This document shows positions 1 through 9,629 of a DNA stretch of 64,000 nucleotides, piece by piece. The translations under genes and the position numbers were made by a program. Below the pieces are notes generated by a model, which was not told where the DNA came from, did not search any database, and saw nothing but the letters and a program-made list of their open reading frames with translations. The stretch is taken from the NCBI GenBank assembly GCA_963823665.1, contig CAWGMQ010000005.1, positions 1,440,001 through 1,504,000 of the forward strand. Reading direction: 5' to 3'. This DNA comes from an uncultured Planctomycetota bacterium (lineage in GTDB: Bacteria > Planctomycetota > Planctomycetia > Isosphaerales > Isosphaeraceae). Every line of letters begins with the position of its first letter. The stretch's first letter is position 1.

Positions 1-675
1 GAAATCCGTGATCTTGGGGACACCCTCAGCCGTCATGAGCACGTTGGCCGGCTTGAGATCGCGGTGGACGATTCCGTGCTGATGGACATGCTCCATGGCC
101 CGAGCCAGTGTTTCAGCGAGCCCGGCCGCCGAAACCGGCGCAAACGGGTTCCTGGCCAGCTTCTCGGCCAAGCTGCCGCCCTCGACCAGCTCGAGCGCGA
201 CGTAGGGAAAGCGATTCTGCTCGCCGACGTCATAGATCGCGACAATGTTGGGATGTTTGAGCCGGGCCGCTGTCTCGGCCTCCACGCGGAACCGCGAGCG
301 CTCGCCCCAGCCAGCATGCGCCCCGGCCAGCACAACCTTGAGCGCCACCGCGCGGCCGAGGCTCAATTGATGCGCATGATAGACCACTCCCATGCCACCT
401 CGTCCCAGCTCTCGCAGAATCTCGTACCCCGCAATCAGCGGAGGATCGCCGGCCATTCCCTCCCGCGCCGGACCGACAGCACCAGGGGCGCCAGCGGCTG
501 CATCCAATCCCGTTTTCGATTCCGCGCGCGCGAAAGGTGGAGGAGGAAGCTCATCCGGGAAATCGGCGTCCATCGAGGAACACTCGGTCGTTCGCGAATG
601 CTCCGGTTCGCCGCAAACAGGGCAAGACGGAGAGACGTCATCCACCAGGGCGGAGCGGTCGTGCTCGATCGGCAT
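1..675 (-). CDS. Ser/Thr protein kinase, N-terminal part (runs off the window edge)
   Basis: Manual minus-strand translation gives YEILRELGRGGMGVVY, AVALK, GIVHRDLKPANVL and PKITDF. Absent from the ORF track because the stop lies outside the window. Start at ATG 675 is tentative. Confidence 0.88.
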   Translation of the reverse strand, partial: MPIEHDRSALVDDVSPSCPVCGEPEHSRTTECSSMDADFPDELPPPPFARAESKTGLDAAAGAPGAVGPAREGMAGDPPLIAGYEILRELGRGGMGVVYHAHQLSLGRAVALKVVLAGAHAGWGERSRFRVEAETAARLKHPNIVAIYDVGEQNRFPYVALELVEGGSLAEKLARNPFAPVSAAGLAETLARAMEHVHQHGIVHRDLKPANVLMTAEGVPKITDF

Positions 676-888
676 CGGCCAGTCCCCATATCTTCGAATG
701 TTGCGAGACGTGAGATAGAAACGGGAAATCCTCATCGGTCTCGGAGCGCTGACTGTGAGGCGCATCCGCTGCGGCCGCGTACCCGCAGTGACTTCAATCA
801 TCTCATCCAGAGCCGGGAGTTTCTACCGGCAACAACGAGTTGATTGTCAGTGGCTGTGGCTCCAAGTCTTTCGCGGTTCCTTATCCGC

Positions 889-2940
889 TCACGGCCCCCG
901 CACATCGTGCGGCGGCACGGCTTCCCCCGATGCCGACGAAGTCGTCCCAGTATTCGCTGCGCCCACCTTCAACCTGGCGAGGCGCTCCCGCTCCCGGGCC
1001 TCCTTCTCCGCACGTGCACGAATCCACTCCCGTCGCCTTCTCTCCTTCCACGCGTCCCGTTGCTCGAAATCCGTCTGGGCACGTCCGACCGGCTGCGTCG
1101 ACCCTTCAATTCCGCCAGTCTCCCCACCTCCCGCCGGCATTGGCTTCGTTTGCAGAATTGGCTTCGTTTGACAATCGTCAAGTCCCGAAACACCGCCAGA
1201 ATTCGTCGGAACTTCAACAATCTCTTGATGTTGTACTATGCACACGTCATCACCAGAATTGGCTTCGTTCGGCGCATTCGCGCAGTCGTCGCCGCCGGCG
1301 ACGGAGCGGGCGTGCCCGCCAACGTCCAGAATCAACCCGGTCCCGGCGCCGCCGTCCACGCCTTCCGACCGCTCACCACAAGCCACTTCTCCCCGATCCT
1401 CGTCCATCACCGGGCCAACCCCTCCCGCGTTCACATCCGTCTCGTAAGGCCCGGCCTGCCCAGAATCCGAATTACCCGTTTCAGTGCTCGAGACTTCATC
1501 CGCCCCGTCGGCCGCGGCCTCACCCTCGCCCGCACCGCCGATGTACTTCTCCGGAAGATACCCCCCACACGCCAGAACGTCCGATTCCTCCACGACGACC
1601 GAGTCCCACCCCCGGCCGCTCCCATTCGGTGTAGCAGGCACACTCCGTGTGCCGCCCGCCCCAGCCTCACGGCCAATTTCAACGGCCGCGTCCGAACCAC
1701 CATCAGCAACTGGCCCGCCGCTCCCACACTTTGCATCCCGATCTTGGGCGAAATCCTCCTGACCCCGCCCTCCGCCCTCCGTCCTCCGTCCTCCGTCCTC
1801 CGCCCTCCGTCCTGCCTTCCGCTCGCCCCCCACGTCCGCCCTCCACCAAGACGACGGCCGCCCATCATACGGGCTAACATCTTTCCCAGGCACCGGCGGC
1901 AAAGTCTCCGCATGGTTATCCGCCTTCCGCGCCCGTACCTCCTGCCGAATTACCTTGCCCCCTCGCTCCACCGACCCCTTGGCGCGCGCGAACCATCGCC
2001 GCATCGCCTCAGCTTCCTTGGTATAAACAAATCCCTTGCGTCGCCTCGTCCGCGCAGGTTCATCCTTGATATGGGTGTCATGTTCCGCCGCAATGGCCCA
2101 CACCCGCTCGATCTCGCCCTCCACCAGCTCGATCAGGCTCTGCCTGGCCTTCTCCTTTTCACCGCGCTGCGATAGGTCAGGCCACAACGCCACGACCGCC
2201 TTCACGTGGGCCTCGAGCATCAGCTCGTTCATATCGCTGAGCAGATCGTCAAACGGCTTGCCCATCGGCCGAAGCGCGTGGCTCGCCGCGAAAACCTCAG
2301 CGACCCGCCGGTCTGCGGGGCCGTCCACAGGATTCCGCCCCAGCAACCGTAGCATCATCAGCCGATCGCCGGAGGACCAAAAACGTTTGCGAGCCCGTTC
2401 CAGCAGTTCCTCAAGAACCTCAAGGATCCAGTAGCACCCCATCGCGCTCGATTCCAGTTTGCGCATGCGTTCGTCGGGCTTGATCGCCGGCGCAGTTTCG
2501 CTACCCCATGACGGCCCCCCTGGTTTCTTGTTGTTAAACCGACGGGTGCCATACAACGAAACCGGCACGCCTCGTGAATCGGTGAACAGCAACTCGCCCG
2601 TCTCGCGCACCTCTTTGATCTCGTCGTCCTCGGCATTGTCGATCTGGCTTTGGGTGAGTTCCAGGTAGGCACCCCTCACCCGATCCATGTCCGACGCCAG
2701 GAACAGGTTGGCATTCAATAGAAACTCCTCGGGGTCACTCTCCACCCCATAATGCGCCGACCAGCGAAAGTATCGCGCTTCATACGCGATGCTTTCCTCC
2801 CGCGCGAGCTTCTCCCGCTCCGATCGCATCCCGTGCTTCCGACTATTGCGAGCGCTCTTCGCCCGGGATTCCGGACTTTTAGGCCCGGTCGAGCGCAACG
2901 CATTGCGCCGATTCGCATTGATTTGTGCGTCAGAGGCCAT
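889..2940 (-). CDS. Uncharacterised protein with N-terminal 'QINANRRNALRSTGPKS...KHGM' motif and low-complexity C-terminal half
   Basis: 683-aa ORF. The N-terminus resembles a recurrent family of hypothetical proteins (AANRRNAxxSTGP...KHG), recalled rather than searched. Confidence 0.75.
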   Translation of the reverse strand: MASDAQINANRRNALRSTGPKSPESRAKSARNSRKHGMRSEREKLAREESIAYEARYFRWSAHYGVESDPEEFLLNANLFLASDMDRVRGAYLELTQSQIDNAEDDEIKEVRETGELLFTDSRGVPVSLYGTRRFNNKKPGGPSWGSETAPAIKPDERMRKLESSAMGCYWILEVLEELLERARKRFWSSGDRLMMLRLLGRNPVDGPADRRVAEVFAASHALRPMGKPFDDLLSDMNELMLEAHVKAVVALWPDLSQRGEKEKARQSLIELVEGEIERVWAIAAEHDTHIKDEPARTRRRKGFVYTKEAEAMRRWFARAKGSVERGGKVIRQEVRARKADNHAETLPPVPGKDVSPYDGRPSSWWRADVGGERKAGRRAEDGGRRTEGGGRGQEDFAQDRDAKCGSGGPVADGGSDAAVEIGREAGAGGTRSVPATPNGSGRGWDSVVVEESDVLACGGYLPEKYIGGAGEGEAAADGADEVSSTETGNSDSGQAGPYETDVNAGGVGPVMDEDRGEVACGERSEGVDGGAGTGLILDVGGHARSVAGGDDCANAPNEANSGDDVCIVQHQEIVEVPTNSGGVSGLDDCQTKPILQTKPMPAGGGETGGIEGSTQPVGRAQTDFEQRDAWKERRRREWIRARAEKEARERERLARLKVGAANTGTTSSASGEAVPPHDVRGP
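1139..1271. repeat. Three copies of ATTGGCTTCGTT
   Basis: Copies at 1139, 1157 and 1258; the last two are preceded by CAGA. Confidence 0.85.
1766..1814. repeat. Tandem heptamer CG(C/T)CCTC x7
   Basis: cgccctc cgccctc cgtcctc cgtcctc cgtcctc cgccctc cgtcctg. Confidence 0.9.
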
Positions 2941-3636
2941 ATCAGTATAAATTCCTATTCAAATGAGCTTGGAAGCCTGGCCCGAAGTCCCGCGACCTCG
3001 AGAGTTTCCCCAAACCTCCCAAAGCCCTCACTAGAGATGATCTACAAATCCCCTTCTTTTTTTGCCCGATCTGGGCCGATCCCAAAAAAAGTTTTTCCGC
3101 CCGCCCGCATAATCGGACCTGACAGTGCATACCGCGCCGCTTGTGCGCGATGTGCCGTCCCAGGCGGCAGAGGGCGCGCGCGCAGGGCAGACCGCAGAGC
3201 CCAGCGTCTGGGCGCGCCCAACCCAATGTCGCCCTTCGCTCCGATCAATCCAGTTTCCTGAAATGAGGCGAATTCCCGCTGTTTTCTCGAACCGCGGTCC
3301 GATTGTGCGAGTCGTAGCGCGAGGTCCGAAAAAACAGGCATCCGAGCGCGGCGCACGTGCCTCGAACCGCCGCACCCGGGTCTCACGCCGGTCGAAACGC
3401 CCTCAACAGCGACAACGCCGATCGCAGACGCCCTTTCGGCTCAAGCCCCACTAACCTCGACCGCCCCCAGCAATGCGCGCAATCCTCGCCAGCTCGCGTC
3501 TGGGCCCAGGGCCGTTCGGCGCCAGGCGGGCCGCTTGCTCCCACACGGCCCTGGTCTCCGCCAGCCGGCCCCAGCAATTGTAGCTGGCGTGAAGCCACAT
3601 GAGCTGTATCCGGAGAAGGCCCAATTCCCCGTGATT

Positions 3637-4395
3637 TCATCCGGCCGCCGTGGCACGCGACGACCGGTAAAGGGTCGCCGAGGTATAGAGTAGCACGGCC
3701 ACCACGATCCAGCGCAGCAAGTCGACGTCCATCTCCTTCACGAGGAAAACAGCGATCAAGACGCCGGGCACTCCGCCCAACGCAAGTCCGAGCGCAGTGC
3801 GGCGGTCGAAGCGCCCTGAGCGGAAGAATCGAATTGCCGCCGCGGGTAGAATCAGGGAGGCCGAGGCGGCCATGATGGGAAAGACCGCCTTCGGATTCAT
3901 CCCCAGCATGTAGGTCACCGCCATGGTCGGTGCGTAGTTGCCGATCCCCAAGCTCGTGAGCGACCCGATCAATGCGCTGGCCAGCACCGCCGCCACGAGC
4001 GCGGCCCCCGAGAGCCCCAGCGAGTTTCCGCCCGACGGAAAGAGCTGTGTCTGGCGGAGCACGATCAAGATTGCGGTGATCACCAGCGAGACGGCCATGC
4101 CTCGCTGAATTGTTCGCCGCGGCCAGTTCACCACCATGCCCGCGCCAAACCACGCCCCGAGCCCGCCGGCCGTGACCATCGTCACCAGCGTCACGAGATC
4201 GACTTGGACCGCCGTGAGAAAGAGCGCTGCCTCCAGCATCGTCGGAATGGCATGCCCCACGTTGAGCGTCCCGGGAATCTGCTCGTCGTCAACCACCCCG
4301 CCGAGCCGAAGAACCGCGGTCGTGGTCGCGAACGATCCGACCCCGAGCGTGTCGAGAAAGTCCGTGATGAGGCCAAGTGCGAACAGTCCGCCCAT
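3637..4395 (-). CDS. Sulfite exporter TauE/SafE (TSUP) family membrane protein
   Basis: Highly hydrophobic 252-aa ORF with DFLDTLGVGSFATT and SLGIGNYAP motifs, downstream of a sulfatase. The true start may be slightly upstream (~4445) through a frameshift. Confidence 0.8.
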   Translation of the reverse strand: MGGLFALGLITDFLDTLGVGSFATTTAVLRLGGVVDDEQIPGTLNVGHAIPTMLEAALFLTAVQVDLVTLVTMVTAGGLGAWFGAGMVVNWPRRTIQRGMAVSLVITAILIVLRQTQLFPSGGNSLGLSGAALVAAVLASALIGSLTSLGIGNYAPTMAVTYMLGMNPKAVFPIMAASASLILPAAAIRFFRSGRFDRRTALGLALGGVPGVLIAVFLVKEMDVDLLRWIVVAVLLYTSATLYRSSRATAAG

Positions 4396-4476
4396 GCGGA
4401 ATCGGGCGCGCGCGGTTGGGGAACAGGGTCCGCACTTGGAGTCATCACGAATCCTGACGCGTCGAGGCCGAGCGGT

Positions 4477-6009
4477 TCATCCCCGCCGACCGACCCATTG
4501 CGATGTACCTCCAGCGCCGCCGGGATTTGATCGAAGCCGCCCAGGTCGCTGGGATCCAAGCAGGGAGGGAGTCCTGATCGTGGATTTGCCGCTTGAACAT
4601 GCGACCAAAGTCGCGCACCGTCTGCACCCAGTTCGATCGATCCACACCCAGCCGGTCGATGTGTCCCGGTCTCCATGCGCGGCTCCGACGTTTCGCCTGG
4701 GGACCCACCTCGCAGCGACGTTCTTCGCATTCCAAACTTTGTAGTCAGCCTCCAGCTCCTGCACCTTCGCAGAATTGGCCCTCGCGAGATCGTGTTTCTC
4801 GCCGACGTCCGTCGCCAGATTGAAGAGCCTCGGGCCGTTCCCCATATCCGTGAGCTTCCAATCCCCCTTGCGGACGGCGCGCTGAGCGCCGAACCGCCAG
4901 AACAGTGCCTCATGCGGCGCACCCGGCTTTTCACCGGTCAAGTACGGCAGGAGATTCACGCCATCCAGATTCGCCTCGGCTGGAACCTTCACGCCCGCAA
5001 GGGCGAGAGCCGTCGGATGGATGTCGAGCTGAATCACGGGTTGGTCCACGACCTTGCCGGCCGGAATGTGTCCCGTGTACTGCATGAGGAACGGCACGCG
5101 TATGCCGCCTTCCCACACCTGCGCCTTGAAGCCGTTTAGTGGGGCATTGCTCGATGTCGTGCTCATGGTCGGACCGCCATTGTCGCTCACGAAGACGATG
5201 AATGTGTCGTTCTCGAGGCCGAGCGCCCGAATCTTCGACAGAACCAGCCCGACATTGTCGTCCATCGCCGAGAGCATGGCAGCAAAGGTGCGGCGCCTCG
5301 GGTCGGGAATGTGGCGAAATCGCGTGCGGTATTTCCCGAGCGCTTCCAGCGGTGCGTGAACAGCATTGAACGGAAGGTAGACGAACCATGGTTCCCGCTG
5401 ATGCGCTTCGATGAACCTGGCCGCCTCGCGTCCAAAGGAATCAGTCGTGTAGTCGATCGAGTTCACCGGCATGGTGTCACGGAGAATGGGGTTGGCGCCA
5501 TCGGCCCTGGCGTTGCCATACGAATGAGCGCCGCCCAGGAAGCCAAAGAATTCATCGAACCCGCGCTGATTGGGCCGAAATCTCGGGCGATTACCGAGGT
5601 GCCATTTCCCGAACATGCCCGTGGCGTACCCGGCCGGCTTCAAGAGTTCGGCGAGGGTCGGCTCGTTGCGGGAAAGTCCGAATTCCCTGGATTCGGTAGC
5701 GACCGGGCCCGGGTTGAACTCGTGCCCGAACCGCTGCTGGTAGCGGCCGGTCAGCAAGCCCGCGCGTGTGGGGCTGCAGTAAGGACCGCTGACGTAGCCG
5801 CTTGTGAAGCGGACTCCGTTTCTGGCGATGCTGTCGATATTCGGCGTGGGAATCTGGGGATTGCCCTGGCACGACAGCTCGCCATAGCCCAGATCATCGG
5901 CGACGATGATGAGGATGTTGGGCTTCCTGGGTTCGCTCGCTGTGGCGGGGGATTCGAGCAGAAGCCAGGTCAGACTGATGACGACCGCGCCGACGATTCT
6001 CGTTTTCAT
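4477..6009 (-). CDS. Secreted arylsulfatase A-like sulfatase
   Basis: Signal peptide, PNILIIVADDLGY, CSPTRAGLLTGRY (CxPxR), GKWHLG and SDNGG. The last ~60-70 aa do not look sulfatase-like. Confidence 0.93.
   Translation of the reverse strand: MKTRIVGAVVISLTWLLLESPATASEPRKPNILIIVADDLGYGELSCQGNPQIPTPNIDSIARNGVRFTSGYVSGPYCSPTRAGLLTGRYQQRFGHEFNPGPVATESREFGLSRNEPTLAELLKPAGYATGMFGKWHLGNRPRFRPNQRGFDEFFGFLGGAHSYGNARADGANPILRDTMPVNSIDYTTDSFGREAARFIEAHQREPWFVYLPFNAVHAPLEALGKYRTRFRHIPDPRRRTFAAMLSAMDDNVGLVLSKIRALGLENDTFIVFVSDNGGPTMSTTSSNAPLNGFKAQVWEGGIRVPFLMQYTGHIPAGKVVDQPVIQLDIHPTALALAGVKVPAEANLDGVNLLPYLTGEKPGAPHEALFWRFGAQRAVRKGDWKLTDMGNGPRLFNLATDVGEKHDLARANSAKVQELEADYKVWNAKNVAARWVPRRNVGAAHGDRDTSTGWVWIDRTGCRRCATLVACSSGKSTIRTPSLLGSQRPGRLRSNPGGAGGTSQWVGRRG
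4590..4660 (-). pseudogene. Short relic resembling the C-terminus of planctomycete/proteobacterial Y1-like 'transposases'
   Basis: An alternate frame reads DRLGVDRSNWVQTVRDFGRMFKR, similar to recalled 'IL.RLG.....W...V..FGR.F' transposase ends. Confidence 0.45.
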
Positions 6010-6175
6010 GTGAGTGAGTCTCTCCGACGTACCCACTAGAACTCACTACTTACAGGATACTGCGAGGATGCGGCCGCCTCAACGCTCTTGAACATCGCCA
6101 AGACCGCCGTACGCTTGAGCGAGAGAATAGTCGAGGCACCGGCTTTGGGTTAAACGCGAGGTCGTGGGGTCGATC

Positions 6176-7537
6176 ATGAAGTGGGAAGTTGCGCGGGCAT
6201 GGATTCTCGTAGGTCTGTGCGCGCTGGACGCGAATTCGGCCAACGCCCCATGCTCCGCCCAATCAACCCCGGGGAGCAAGTCGCCGCCGAATATCCTGCT
6301 GATTCTCGCCGACGACCAGCGCTGGGACACGATCGGAGCACTCGGTAATTCCGAGATCCACACGCCCAATCTGGACCGATTGGTGGCACGCGGCTTCACC
6401 TTCAACAACGCATATTGCATGGGTTCGATGATCGGCGCGGTCTGTCTACCGAGCCGTACCATGCTGATGACTGGCCGTTCCCTGTGGCGCATTCCCGAGA
6501 CTCCGCACCCGGCAACAACGCCGCCGGGCGTACACGTGCTTCCGACTCTGCTCGGTCAAGCCGGCTACGTGACATTCCATTCGGGCAAAGCGGGAAACGT
6601 CTGCCGATTTGGCAACGCGGCCTTTGCAACGAACATCGAAACGGACGGCCGCACGTTCCGATCCGCCACCGAGCATGCCGACAACGCGATTGCATTTCTT
6701 GCCAAGCACGAAGGCCGGAAGCCGTTCTTCCTTTACCTGGCACCACAGGTCCCGCATGACCCGCGTCTGGCGCCACCGGAATTTACCAGGCTCTACGACC
6801 CCACTAAGTTAACGCTTTCCAGGAACTTCATGCCCCGGCATCCTTTCGACAATGGGGAGCTCGAGGTCCGCGACGAGCTGCTGTCACCAATTCCCCGCAC
6901 AGTCGACGCGATGCGCCGGGAGCTGGCTGATTACTATGCCACGATCACGCACCTGGATCACGAGGTTGGTCGCGTGCTCGAGGCGCTGCGCAAGCGCGGG
7001 CTTGCGGAGAACACGGTGGTGATCTACTCGAGCGATCAGGGCCTGGCCGTTGGTGGGCGTCACGGTTTGATGGGCAAACAGAACTTGTACGAACACATCA
7101 AGCCTCCCCTGATCGTTGCCGGCCCCGGAGTTCCCCACGGCCGGTCGGACGCATTGGTCTATCTGTTCGACTTGTTTCCGACGATCTGTGGCTTCGCGGG
7201 CGTGCCAGTACCGGCGGAGGTCGAGGGAAAGAGCCTTCTGCCGGTGATTCGCGGCGAGACGCCGCGAGTTCGCGACCGCCTTTTCGGCGCCTACCGCGAC
7301 TGTCAGCGGATGATCCGCGATGAGCGCTGGAAGCTGATCAAATACAACGCGGCCGGTGAGAAGCACGTCCAGCTCTTTGATCTTCGCGATGATCCAGACG
7401 AGATCCGGAACCTCGCGCACGACGCGCGGTTTGCCGCGGAACGCGCGCGCCTGGAACGATGGCTCGAGGAGGCGCGAAAACAATTCGGTGATCCGATTGA
7501 CTGGAGCGCCGTGAACGAGAGACGATCGGGGCCCTGA
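6176..7537 (+). CDS. Secreted sulfatase (choline-sulfatase-like)
   Basis: PNILLILADDQRWD, CLPSRTMLMTG (CxPxR), PHDP, SDQG...GKQNLYE. Confidence 0.93.
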   Translation: MKWEVARAWILVGLCALDANSANAPCSAQSTPGSKSPPNILLILADDQRWDTIGALGNSEIHTPNLDRLVARGFTFNNAYCMGSMIGAVCLPSRTMLMTGRSLWRIPETPHPATTPPGVHVLPTLLGQAGYVTFHSGKAGNVCRFGNAAFATNIETDGRTFRSATEHADNAIAFLAKHEGRKPFFLYLAPQVPHDPRLAPPEFTRLYDPTKLTLSRNFMPRHPFDNGELEVRDELLSPIPRTVDAMRRELADYYATITHLDHEVGRVLEALRKRGLAENTVVIYSSDQGLAVGGRHGLMGKQNLYEHIKPPLIVAGPGVPHGRSDALVYLFDLFPTICGFAGVPVPAEVEGKSLLPVIRGETPRVRDRLFGAYRDCQRMIRDERWKLIKYNAAGEKHVQLFDLRDDPDEIRNLAHDARFAAERARLERWLEEARKQFGDPIDWSAVNERRSGP

Positions 7538-7628
7538 GGAGCACAAACGGCGTACGACTAAGTCTGCGATTTCAACGTGCGGCGCGATCCAATAAGCGTT
7601 GAGGAATCCCACGCGACGATTCATCGCT

Positions 7629-7661
7629 CCCTCTCCCTCCGGGAGAGGACCGGGGTGAGGG
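7629..7661. repeat. CCCTCACCCC...CCTCTCCC-N3-GGGAGAGG REP-like palindromic element
   Basis: CCTCTCCC TCC GGGAGAGG hairpin followed by CCGGGGTGAGGG. Confidence 0.7.
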
Positions 7662-7699
7662 TCCTTTCGTCTTGGGGCATCCGGAGGCATAATGAAGCA

Positions 7700-8158
7700 A
7701 TGAGCCAGAGGCGTCCGGGAAAGACGAAAACGACCGCTGATACACTTGAGCGCTGGTACGCCGGCGCCGATGTTCCGATGTCAGTGATTCGGCGCTACGC
7801 TCGCGCGATCACGGATCGTTTTCAGCCTGAGAAGATCATTCTCTTCGGCTCTTACGCCTATGGGACGCCGCACACTGGTAGCGATGTGGACATCCTCGTC
7901 ATCATGCCCGCGCGCAACGAGTTGGCCCAGTCCTGGAAGATTGATCGGGAGCTCGCCCGCAACTTTTCGGTCCACCTGATCGTGCGCACGCCCAAGAACA
8001 TGGAATGGCGCTTGCGGGAAGGCGACTGGTTTCTCCGCGAGATCGTTGCACGCGGCAAGGTTCTTTATGAAAAGACTGACGCGCGAGTGGCTAGGCAAAG
8101 CAGAAGACGACTATCACGCGGCACACCGGCTCAGGGAAGAAAGCCGTCGATTTCATGA
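7700..8158 (+). CDS. Minimal nucleotidyltransferase (MNT), putative antitoxin
   Basis: KIILFGSYAYG...SDVDILVI motif; overlaps the HEPN gene. Confidence 0.9.
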   Translation: MSQRRPGKTKTTADTLERWYAGADVPMSVIRRYARAITDRFQPEKIILFGSYAYGTPHTGSDVDILVIMPARNELAQSWKIDRELARNFSVHLIVRTPKNMEWRLREGDWFLREIVARGKVLYEKTDARVARQSRRRLSRGTPAQGRKPSIS

Positions 8159-8453
8159 TCAGGTTTGCTTCCACTGCCAGCAGGCGGCAGAGAAGTACCT
8201 CAAGGCAGTCTTGCAGGAGCGCGGCGTTCTCTTCGATCGGACGCACGACCTGGAAAAACTTTTGATCGCGCTTCTACCAACCCACACGAGACTTCGAGGT
8301 CTACGACGCGGGTTGAAATTCCTGCGGCACTACGCGGTCGAGACGCGCTATCCGGGCGATCGCGCCACCAAACGAGAGGCCGACGCAGCCCTGCGTTGGG
8401 CCACGCGCGTACGCGAGACGTGCCGTCTCGAGCTCGGAATTCGGCCGCGATGA
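8067..8453 (+). CDS. HEPN domain protein, putative toxin
   Basis: EWLGKAEDD, CFHCQQAAEKYLKA, RTHDL, TRYPG. Confidence 0.9.
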   Translation: MKRLTREWLGKAEDDYHAAHRLREESRRFHDQVCFHCQQAAEKYLKAVLQERGVLFDRTHDLEKLLIALLPTHTRLRGLRRGLKFLRHYAVETRYPGDRATKREADAALRWATRVRETCRLELGIRPR

Positions 8454-9120
8454 ACTGCTGTCACCGATCCCTCGGTCGCCCGACGCGATGCGCCGGGAGC
8501 TGGCCGATTACTATGCCACGATCACGCACCTGGATCACGAGGTTGGTCGCGTGTTTGGGGCGCTGCGCGAGCGCGGGCTTGCGGAGAATACGGTGGTCAT
8601 CTACTCAAGTGACCAGGGCCTGGCCGTTGGTGGGCGTCACGGTTTGATGGGCAAACAGAACTTGTACGAACACATCAAGCCGCCGCTGATCGTTGCCGGC
8701 CCGGGAATTCGGCACGGCCGGCCCGATGCGCTCGTGTATCTCTTTGACTTGTTCCCGGCGATTTGCGACCTCGCAGGCGTGGCGACGCCACGGGAAGTCG
8801 AGGGAATCAGCCGTCTGCCAGTCACTCGAGGTGAGACGCCGCGAGTTCGCGACCGCCTTTTCGGCGCCTACCGCGACTGTCAGCGGATGATCCGCGACGA
8901 GCGTTGGAAACTGATCAAGTACAACGCCGGCGGTGAGAAGCACACTCAGCTCTTTGATCTTCGCGATGACGCGGACGAGATCCGCAACCTCGCGGACGAC
9001 CCGCGGTTTGCCCCGGAACGCTCGCGCCTGGAACGATGGCTCGACGAGGCCCGAAAAGAATTCGGTGATCCGATCGACTTCGATGCCGTGAACGGGAGGC
9101 GACATGAGCGATCGAGTTGA
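8445..9120 (+). pseudogene. 5'-truncated sulfatase (C-terminal half only)
   Basis: Duplicate of 6868-7525; lacks the signal peptide and the CxPxR active-site motif. Confidence 0.88.
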
Positions 9121-9135
9121 CGGGGTCGAAGCAGA

Positions 9136-9360
9136 ATGCACGCCCTGCGAAGTCGCCTGGTCTGTCAGGAACTGGTCGCCTTAGGGGAACCGGTCGTGCC
9201 ACTGAACCTGCCCGAACTGGCGCGGGAATCCAACGTGTCTTGTTCCCGGTGCTGGCCGAGATCACGGGGAGGACCCGGTACCGCCCGCGGCGGCCGGTCG
9301 GGTCAATGCTCTGGCCCGGGCTCGGCTCCATCGGGAGCGGCACTGGGGTACGCGGGGTAA
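9136..9360 (+). pseudogene. Frameshifted relic of a small conserved hypothetical protein
   Basis: Joining frames gives QELVALGEPVVPL..ELARE...FPVLAEITG.DPVPPAAAGRVNALA, which matches a recalled family 'YQ.IIGMGE.AVPLIL.EL.....WF.AL..ITG.DPVPP..RG'. Confidence 0.5.
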
Positions 9361-9566
9361 GCGAATATGCGCTGTTTGATTAGCCTCCGAAAGCCTGCAC
9401 TCGGGCTCGAGCTGCGTCCGGTCACCAGGCCAGCGGCTTTTCTTGCCGCCTCCAGAACAGCCAGCGTCGCCGCTCGCGGTGGATGCTCGTGCCAATCCGA
9501 ATTCTCGATGTGACCAGGGAATGCTCGAGCGAGTTCGAGCGGCGATTTTGTTCCCCAAAATCGCTC

Positions 9567-9611
9567 TCACAATCGCGCCGACATGTTGGCACTGTTGTGA
9601 CATACTATAAT
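9567..9611 (+). promoter_or_regulatory. 34-bp imperfect palindrome (candidate operator) next to a TATAAT -10 box
   Basis: TCACAAtcgcGCCGACA/TGTTGGCactgTTGTGA (13/17 arm symmetry) at 9567-9600; TATAAT at 9606-9611, upstream of the XRE gene. Confidence 0.55.
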
Positions 9612-9629
9612 GGAGTGAGGAGAGGGACC

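Larger units (their letters stand above)
6868..9102 (+). repeat. ~660 bp imperfect direct repeat (6868-7525 and 8445-9102) of the sulfatase 3' half, flanking MNT-HEPN
   Basis: Constant offset of 1577 bp at both ends; near-identical translations (MRRELADYYATITHLDHEVGRV...FGDPID). Confidence 0.95.

Noticed and set aside
64..2175. Long plus-strand ORFs 64-843 and 844-2175, and similar antisense ORFs such as 36540-38771, 38814-40262 and 57301-58398
   Set aside because: Shadow ORFs opposite real genes in high-GC DNA, with no recognisable motifs.
3226..3243. GTCGCCCTTCGCTCCG as part of a planctomycete palindromic repeat
   Set aside because: Too short, and there is no partner arm.
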